Below, piece by piece: positions 32,999 to 37,695 of a stretch of 37,695 nt of DNA. Both the position numbers and the translations under genes were made by a program. The notes beneath the pieces were generated by a model. That model did not search any database and was not told the origin of the DNA. It saw only the letters and a program-made list of their open reading frames with translations. The DNA lies in the IMG/VR virus record IMGVR_UViG_3300032038_000283, positions 1 through 37,695 of that record. One strand, written 5' to 3'. Every line of letters starts with the position of its first letter. Positions within the stretch are counted from its first letter, which is position 1. This stretch comes from a virus.

Positions 32999-33787
32999 TC
33001 AAACTTCGTCCAACGTATTGATTTTTTCAAGCTCATCAATATCATATGAGCTATTTGCTTTAGCCTTGCCTGAATAATTGCCCTCGATTATTTTTACAGC
33101 ATTTGAAGGATTGATTATCCAATCAAAAGTCGCTCTCCACTGTCCGCTCCTGCCTGTCAAGAAATCAGAACTTTCAACTTTTTTCAAATAATCTATTGTT
33201 GTTAATCCTGCTTTTTCTAAAGTTGACAAAAGCGTTTTGATATGCGCCACCCTTACTTTTGTTAGCAACCTGACTTCCGGCAATGAAACACAAATCGCAT
33301 TGAAGAGAAGTTTGAACTCTTCGACTCTATCTTTTATATTTTGTTTATTAATATTTTTATTATTAATATTTTGTTTTTTATTATTATATTGCATGCGATC
33401 TTCAACCGATTGATTTTCAAGAGGTTGATTTTCTACCTCTTGTTTTTCTATCTCTTGTTTTTCTATAGGTTGATTATCAACTACTTGATTTTGGGGATAT
33501 TCATACACGTTGTAAACGTATTCAATCCTGCCGGAGCTTGACTTGTCAGGATAGAATTTTTCTATAATCAGATAGCCAAAATCCTGTAACTCTGCCAATG
33601 CTGATTTTATGCTTGTAACTGATTCTTTGTTGATAGCCGCAAGCCCTGCGATTGAGTAATCCCAATCATCAGGGAGCGACAGCATTTCCGATAACAGCCC
33701 TTTCGCTTTGAGTGACATGTTTTTTTCGCGAAAATGCCTATTGCTCATAACAACATAGTCACTGGTCTTGTTTACACGAAAAATCAT
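32999..33787 (-). CDS. replication initiator / replisome-organiser-like protein (N-terminal winged-HTH, repeat linker, C-terminal domain)
   Basis: The N-terminus is NRHFREKNMSLKAKGLLSEMLSLPDDWDYSIAGLA. The position is after the SSAP gene. The call rests on motif and position. Confidence 0.6.
   Translation of the reverse strand: MIFRVNKTSDYVVMSNRHFREKNMSLKAKGLLSEMLSLPDDWDYSIAGLAAINKESVTSIKSALAELQDFGYLIIEKFYPDKSSSGRIEYVYNVYEYPQNQVVDNQPIEKQEIEKQEVENQPLENQSVEDRMQYNNKKQNINNKNINKQNIKDRVEEFKLLFNAICVSLPEVRLLTKVRVAHIKTLLSTLEKAGLTTIDYLKKVESSDFLTGRSGQWRATFDWIINPSNAVKIIEGNYSGKAKANSSYDIDELEKINTLDEV
33410..33493 (-). repeat. six 15-bp-spaced TTG(A/T)TT(T/A)T(C/G) repeats (iteron-like) inside the replication gene
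   Basis: The repeats start at 33410, 33425, 33440, 33455, 33470 and 33485, including a perfect tandem 15-mer CTCTTGTTTTTCTAT x2. An AT-rich tract at 33330-33400 is adjacent. Confidence 0.6.
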
Positions 33788-33795
33788 AGTTCACC

Positions 33796-33930
33796 TCAGA
33801 ATGGCAAATCTTCATCAGCCAACCCTGACAACTCAGCCCATGGGTCAGGCTGTGGCGTCTGCACTTCCTTGCTTTGCTCCGATGGCTTATTCTCCTGTTT
33901 TGCTCCACAAAAATCAATGTTGTTCGTCAT
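33796..33930 (-). CDS. 44-aa ORF ending in the SSB C-terminal-tip-like motif ADEDLPF
   Basis: Not in the track. GGAGGAAAACA-ATG, with an ATGA overlap with the SSAP stop. Translation: MTNNIDFCGAKQENKPSEQSKEVQTPQPDPWAELSGLADEDLPF. Confidence 0.5.
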   Translation of the reverse strand: MTNNIDFCGAKQENKPSEQSKEVQTPQPDPWAELSGLADEDLPF

Positions 33931-34625
33931 TGTTTTCCTCCGTTCATTGCCTTGAACTGCTTATAACAGTCAGTACAAAGTCCTTGTGTCATGTTGTATA
34001 TCTCTCTTGGACTGTAACTTACGCCGTTTTTGCCTATATTGCCCTGTATCGGCTTTTTACAGTTACGGCATATAATTTCATTGGTTTTTGCTTTTGGCTC
34101 GTTCTCGGCTAATCTCTGCCCGTTTGCGCGCATTTTATAAACGATAACGCCTGTACGCTCGTTTACAATTGCCAAATCAGTAATGACACCGTCCTGAATC
34201 TCGATTGAAGATACTACAAACTTATCGTAAGTTGTGTATTTGTTATTCTTTTGAGTTAGCCGGAATTTATCTGCGCCAATCCAAATGAATGGCGCAGTGT
34301 ACAACTCCCTGCCGATTCCGATGTTGAAGCAAGCCCTTTTGAAACTGTCGCTCGCCTGCCCCTTCTCCTTCTCAGTGTAGCTCTCAACTCCTACATCCTG
34401 CTTAGATATCCACTGCTGTTTTTCAGAATCCCAGATCGACACTGTGCAGTACAAGTTACCGCCGATAATCTCATGTTTACGCTGCCAACCGGTCACACCG
34501 AAAGTTTCATCGAGGATATTCATATCGACTCGCGCGTCCTTATAAAGCAGGAGCGTCAGCCCCTTTTCGTTTATAGTTGCAACACGGCAATCAATTTCGC
34601 TTGCCTTCAAAGGTCTGAATTTCAT
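33927..34625 (-). CDS. Rad52/Sak-type single-strand annealing protein with a C-terminal zinc ribbon
   Basis: GVTGWQRKHE...QASDSFKRACFNIGIGRELY. The C-terminus has CRNC...CTDC. Confidence 0.75.
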   Translation of the reverse strand: MKFRPLKASEIDCRVATINEKGLTLLLYKDARVDMNILDETFGVTGWQRKHEIIGGNLYCTVSIWDSEKQQWISKQDVGVESYTEKEKGQASDSFKRACFNIGIGRELYTAPFIWIGADKFRLTQKNNKYTTYDKFVVSSIEIQDGVITDLAIVNERTGVIVYKMRANGQRLAENEPKAKTNEIICRNCKKPIQGNIGKNGVSYSPREIYNMTQGLCTDCYKQFKAMNGGKQ

Positions 34626-34634
34626 TTAATCACC

Positions 34635-35114
34635 TCATTTTATTGTAATACTTTGATTTGTCTGTAAATGAGCGCCTGCAATTTCCTTTCCTGCTTTTAT
34701 GCTCTCTTTTATCAAAGTTTTGTTAGGCGTTTCCGACACCCTTGTTTTCAAGAACTCAGCAGGGATTTTCTGCAAATCATCAATAATAATCTGTTGTGTT
34801 TCTCTGCGGTATACCGTGTACGTGCCCGCATTATATTTTGTCGTGTTCATCGAGTACAAACAATCGCCTAGCCGCAGATTTAACCTTTTGATGTTGTTTT
34901 CAATCGCTGTTTTCTTTGCGGTCAGCCGCTTGATTTCGGATTCGATTTTCTGTAAATCGCCTGCAAGCTCATTTTCTACAACGCAGTAGCCTTCTATTTT
35001 TTCGGCTATGCCGATACCCTCTAATGTATCGGCATAAGCCTCTCCGTCTATTTCACCGCTCGTCATGAGCTCGTATAGCTCTTTCTGAGCTGCGGTCATT
35101 TCATATAAAGTCAT
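34635..35114 (-). CDS. siphovirus Gp157-like protein
   Basis: The start MTLYEMTAAQKELYEL at 35114 follows GAGGAGG. It is a coiled-coil protein paired with the SSAP. Confidence 0.65.
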   Translation of the reverse strand: MTLYEMTAAQKELYELMTSGEIDGEAYADTLEGIGIAEKIEGYCVVENELAGDLQKIESEIKRLTAKKTAIENNIKRLNLRLGDCLYSMNTTKYNAGTYTVYRRETQQIIIDDLQKIPAEFLKTRVSETPNKTLIKESIKAGKEIAGAHLQTNQSITIK

Positions 35115-35311
35115 GCTTCTTCCTCCTCGATATCGAAATGCTTTTTCAAACAATCTTCCGAGCAGAACGCCGCCCAGCGGTGATTATAATCTATTGCGGT
35201 AAAATATTTACTGCCTTTTCTTATTTTCTCATCACACCGCGAACAGAATAACTCAGGCTCAGCGTTCGGGCAAGCCGGCGCACAAGGGTTTCTCCTGCAA
35301 ATATCACACAT
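35111..35311 (-). CDS. small Cys-rich (zinc-finger-like) protein
   Basis: MCDICRRNPCAPACP...CSRC...C. Confidence 0.5.
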   Translation of the reverse strand: MCDICRRNPCAPACPNAEPELFCSRCDEKIRKGSKYFTAIDYNHRWAAFCSEDCLKKHFDIEEEEA

Positions 35312-35684
35312 AATCAACACCCCACTTATCGGCTATCTTTTGAAGCTCAGCAAGTGCAGCCTTCGCCTCTGATAACTGTTTGCACTCTTTCTCTTCCGGA
35401 TACGGCTCGTATTCGTCTACACATGCGGTAAAACTTTCATCATCAAGGTAGATAAAATATGAGATACTCGGGGGGTATGGCAATGCGCCGGCGTCCCAAC
35501 CGGTAGGATAAATCTTAACCTCAACGCCTGCGATAGTTCCGCTAAATCTGACAGTTACGGTCGGTTTATTGCCGGTTGTGTCTTGCTTGGTGTCGTTTGG
35601 GTTGATCGCAAGCGCGAGATTAAATATCTGCTTAACAATCTCCCTTGTTTCCTGTTGTTGTTCTTTTAACACTTTCTTTGTCAT
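35304..35684 (-). CDS. hypothetical protein, first gene of early operon 2
   Basis: The start MTKKVLKEQ at 35684 follows AAAGGAG. It lies downstream of the consensus promoter. Confidence 0.6.
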   Translation of the reverse strand: MTKKVLKEQQQETREIVKQIFNLALAINPNDTKQDTTGNKPTVTVRFSGTIAGVEVKIYPTGWDAGALPYPPSISYFIYLDDESFTACVDEYEPYPEEKECKQLSEAKAALAELQKIADKWGVDYV

Positions 35685-35727
35685 TGTGTTATCTCCTTTC
35701 TTTTTTAAGGGTTTCCCCCTATATATA

Positions 35728-35756
35728 ATTATATTATATTCTTGACTATTTGTCAA
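35728..35756 (-). promoter_or_regulatory. consensus promoter TTGACA-17-TATAAT (early operon 2)
   Basis: The minus strand reads TTGACA aatagtcaagaatataa TATAAT. The -35 element lies within the palindrome TTGACtatttGTCAA. Confidence 0.8.
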
Positions 35757-35776
35757 TATTTATTTTGATTTTTAGC

Positions 35777-35805
35777 TTGACAATTTTATTTGTCTATGGT
35801 ACTAT
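35777..35805 (+). promoter_or_regulatory. plus-strand promoter TTGACA-17-TACTAT with an extended -10 TG, divergent from 35728-35756
   Basis: The plus strand reads TTGACA attttatttgtctaTGg TACTAT. The spacer contains the palindrome GACAAttttatTTGTC. Confidence 0.65.
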
Positions 35806-35811
35806 ATAAAC

Positions 35812-35889
35812 ACAACCACTTGTTTTATTAAACAAGTGCTCCTTTCTTTTTACAACCTGCGGTTTGGCTACACCGCAGGTTGTTTTTTT
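35812..35889 (+). ncRNA. candidate approximately 78-nt small RNA, the only plus-strand transcription unit
   Basis: It runs from promoter to terminator with no ORF. Hairpin 1 is at 35817-35838. A single-stranded CUCCUUUCUUUUU tract is at 35839-35851. The terminator hairpin is at 35853-35882, followed by U7. Confidence 0.45.
35853..35889 (+). terminator. rho-independent terminator (plus-strand orientation)
   Basis: CAACCUGCGGU-uuggcuac-ACCGCAGGUUG is followed by UUUUUUU. The minus-strand reading has no U tract after the stem. Confidence 0.7.
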
Positions 35890-36070
35890 ATTCCAAATAT
35901 CCTTCTTTGCTCAAATAATAAATGATAAGGTTATAAATCCATTCTTTGCATTCACGGTGATTTTTACCGCTTTGCTCCCAACTTCGCAAGGCTCTTAATG
36001 GAACCCCTATTGTTTTTGAAAATTCAGTTTGCGTCATACCGCACATTACCCTTAGCTTTTTTATATCCAT
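35888..36070 (-). CDS. small XRE-type HTH regulator (60 aa), last gene of early operon 1
   Basis: LRVMCGMTQTEFSKTIGVPLRALRSWEQ. AAAGGAGGTGG SD. Confidence 0.75.
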   Translation of the reverse strand: MDIKKLRVMCGMTQTEFSKTIGVPLRALRSWEQSGKNHRECKEWIYNLIIYYLSKEGYLE

Positions 36071-36133
36071 TTAAACCACCTCCTTTGCTGTATCTTTCAG
36101 TTTCACACACGTCAATGCTTCATTCCATCCTGT

Positions 36134-36316
36134 TCACATATAAGCCATCTGCCAAGCATCCGGCTCATTCATTTCTTCATCCTCGTGCTTTACTATCGGT
36201 TTCCATTTTTCAATAAAATCTGAATAGGCTTTTTTAGTATACACTTTCGGTAATTCTTGACACATCCTTTTTGCTAAATATTCTGCATATGATATCTGCT
36301 TTTCAGTCGGTTTCAT
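36134..36316 (-). CDS. hypothetical protein (60 aa from MKPTEKQ)
   Basis: ATG at 36316 follows AGGAGGAATTAAGG. Confidence 0.5.
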   Translation of the reverse strand: MKPTEKQISYAEYLAKRMCQELPKVYTKKAYSDFIEKWKPIVKHEDEEMNEPDAWQMAYM

Positions 36317-36372
36317 CCTTAATTCCTCCTGTGTCATTCCACATCTTAAACTAAGTTTTTATATCCAATTGA

Positions 36373-37263
36373 TTAATCTTCCATTTTTGTATCTTTCAGA
36401 ATTTCAAGCACTTTTTTCACAGCATATTTTCCGTTTGAATTTAAATGCCTTTGCCACGCTGAATAACTCGGTGCCCAGCGGAACCCGTAGCTTTTCAACA
36501 CATCCCTTACTTCTGCCGAGGGTTTATCGTCAAAAATGAACTGAATGCGCATTGCTTCGGTATTTTCAACGACTTTTAGCCCCTCTATTCCTGTTTCGAT
36601 ATCCTCCCCATGTGCAGAGGCTTTCGCTTCTTCAAGCTCTTTTATTCTCTGTTTCGCTGCTCTGATCTTTGCATTGTTGTTGGATAAACAATAAGAAGGG
36701 AACGGTACACCATACATGTTATCAATAGTGACGTTGTCATATTCTCCGTCGCCGTAGCCCTTCAAAGTGCCGTGCTTTCGGTAATAAGCGTTTACCGCTT
36801 TCATAGTCGCCTGCAACTCCTGAGCTTTCTCAATTTTCGCTTTGAGCTTATCAATCGCGTCTGAATCGCTTGACTTGATTATGTTTGCAGAATTCGCAAG
36901 CTTTTTGATTTTTTCTTTGTAATCTTGCAGCTCGCCGTAAAGGGCGTAATGCTTGTCTAATGCGGCAACCTGTTTTTCTTTCTTTCGAACTGGAAAATTT
37001 GTGCCGCCTGCAATCATAATCGACGGGCAACGCATATCGATTGTAAACTGCTTGTTGTACCAGTCTGCAAGCCTTTGTGCGTACTTGTCAGCCATATAAA
37101 GCCCTTTTTCTTTTACTTCTTCCGGCAGTGACTCAGCGTAGCTGTATGCTTCGTCAACCTCGGATTTGTATTCAGCTGTTTTCGTACCGTGCTTGTATTC
37201 AAAAAATGAATACATTTCTTTAGCTCTTGCCGCTGCTTCCTCGTTAATTGTGTAGTATTTCAT
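36373..37263 (-). CDS. DUF3560-like protein
   Basis: The start MKYYTINEE at 37263 follows AAGGAGG. The C-terminus RIQFIFDDKPSAEVRDVLKSYGFRWAPSYSAWQRH is typical of that family. Confidence 0.7.
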   Translation of the reverse strand: MKYYTINEEAAARAKEMYSFFEYKHGTKTAEYKSEVDEAYSYAESLPEEVKEKGLYMADKYAQRLADWYNKQFTIDMRCPSIMIAGGTNFPVRKKEKQVAALDKHYALYGELQDYKEKIKKLANSANIIKSSDSDAIDKLKAKIEKAQELQATMKAVNAYYRKHGTLKGYGDGEYDNVTIDNMYGVPFPSYCLSNNNAKIRAAKQRIKELEEAKASAHGEDIETGIEGLKVVENTEAMRIQFIFDDKPSAEVRDVLKSYGFRWAPSYSAWQRHLNSNGKYAVKKVLEILKDTKMED

Positions 37264-37264
37264 G

Positions 37265-37695
37265 TTATGCCTCCTTAAATTCTCCGTTTTCAAGTTTATA
37301 AAATGTGTCTTCTTTGATTATCACTCCGTCTATCTGTGCCGCCTTAACACAAACGGGGACATATTTTTCTTCTATATCGTTGTACACCCATTCGGCGAGA
37401 ACTAACCAACTGCCTTTCTTCCCCTTTGCTGTATTACATCGTCCAATTCCGGCAATAACTGCGTACTCGCCTGAACTCGCAAGCTTTGCGTAATCGCCTG
37501 AACTCGCAAGCTGTGCTCCATCGCCTGAACTCGCAAGCTTTGCTCCATCGCCTGAACTCGCAAGCTGTGCGTAATTGCCTGAACTCGCAAGCTGTGCTCC
37601 ATCGCCTGAACTCGCAAGCTTTGCGTAATCGCCTGAACTCGCAAGCTGTGCTCCATCGCCTGAACTCGCAAGCTTTGCTCCATCGCCTGAACTCG
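37265..37695 (-). CDS. C-terminal part of the nonapeptide-repeat protein (enters from the window end)
   Basis: The repeat frame continues as ...DYAKLASSGEYAVIAGIGRCNTAKGKKGSWLVLAEWVYNDIEEKYVPVCVKAAQIDGVIIKEDTFYKLENGEFKEA, with the stop at 37265. The track shows only an alternative frame. Confidence 0.8.
   Translation of the reverse strand, partial: SSGDGAKLASSGDGAQLASSGDYAKLASSGDGAQLASSGNYAQLASSGDGAKLASSGDGAQLASSGDYAKLASSGEYAVIAGIGRCNTAKGKKGSWLVLAEWVYNDIEEKYVPVCVKAAQIDGVIIKEDTFYKLENGEFKEA
37470..37695 (-). repeat. 27-bp tandem repeat array (8.4 units), continuous with 1-161
   Basis: Same unit as at the window start. Five-unit (135-bp) blocks repeat exactly. Confidence 0.95.
37633..37695. 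repeat. 63-nt terminal direct repeat identical to positions 1-63 (circular closure / assembly overlap)
   Basis: Base-by-base identity was read from the sequence. Confidence 0.9.

Noticed and set aside
35853-35889. The hairpin as a terminator for the minus-strand HTH operon.
   Set aside because: On the minus strand the stem is followed by GUAAAAAG, not a U tract. The U7 run is on the plus strand, so the hairpin is primarily a plus-strand terminator, and minus-strand read-through is likely.
36071-36133. A possible promoter (TTGACG ... TACAGC) upstream of the 35888-36070 HTH gene.
   Set aside because: The -10 hexamer is poor and the spacing is ambiguous. The gene is more simply explained as the last cistron of the operon from 1059-1087.

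Overview
The window is essentially one complete tailed dsDNA phage genome. The first 63 nt are identical to the last 63 nt, so the contig closes into a circle of about 37.6 kb. The closure point lies inside a coding 27-bp tandem repeat.

Every convincing gene is on the minus strand. The long plus-strand ORFs in the track are antisense shadows. Strong GGAGG-type Shine-Dalgarno sites, a GH25/CHAP endolysin with PG-binding repeats, a holin and XkdX point to a Gram-positive (Clostridia/Bacilli-like) host. The virion is siphovirus-type: tape measure, Dit and Tal are present and there is no sheath.

Gene order in the direction of transcription (high to low coordinates, wrapping at the ends):
- Early operon 1, from a promoter at about 1059-1087: small proteins, the nonapeptide-repeat protein spanning the contig junction, a DUF3560-like protein and a terminal HTH.
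- A divergent-promoter switch at about 35728-35805.
- Recombination/replication and small zinc-ribbon genes: Gp157-like, Rad52-like SSAP, replication organiser, YopX, RusA.
- A ParB-methyltransferase fusion.
- terS, terL, a GIY-YIG endonuclease, portal, MuF-like and gp10-like genes, then a terminator plus promoter.
- Scaffold, major capsid, connectors, major tail protein, G/GT chaperones, an intron-split tape measure, Dit, Tal and fibres.
- Holin and endolysin.
- A 7-gene cassette of low-complexity proteins, then a terminator at about 1124-1152.

Most notable observations:
1. A group I intron with an HNH homing endonuclease interrupts the tape-measure gene.
2. A back-to-back promoter switch has a plus-strand arm that encodes only a roughly 78-nt terminated RNA. 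This RNA carries a 13-nt anti-SD match to the first gene of the opposing operon.
3. A 44-aa ORF coupled to the SSAP gene ends in an SSB-tail-like DEDLPF.
4. A 15-bp x6 iteron-like array plus an AT-rich tract lies inside the replication gene.
5. A post-lysin cassette encodes Q/N-, G/N/W-, RGG/Y- and Cys-rich proteins of unknown function.
6. No integrase, CI-type repressor, tRNA, CRISPR or reverse transcriptase was seen.

All family names come from motif recognition by eye. No database search was possible.
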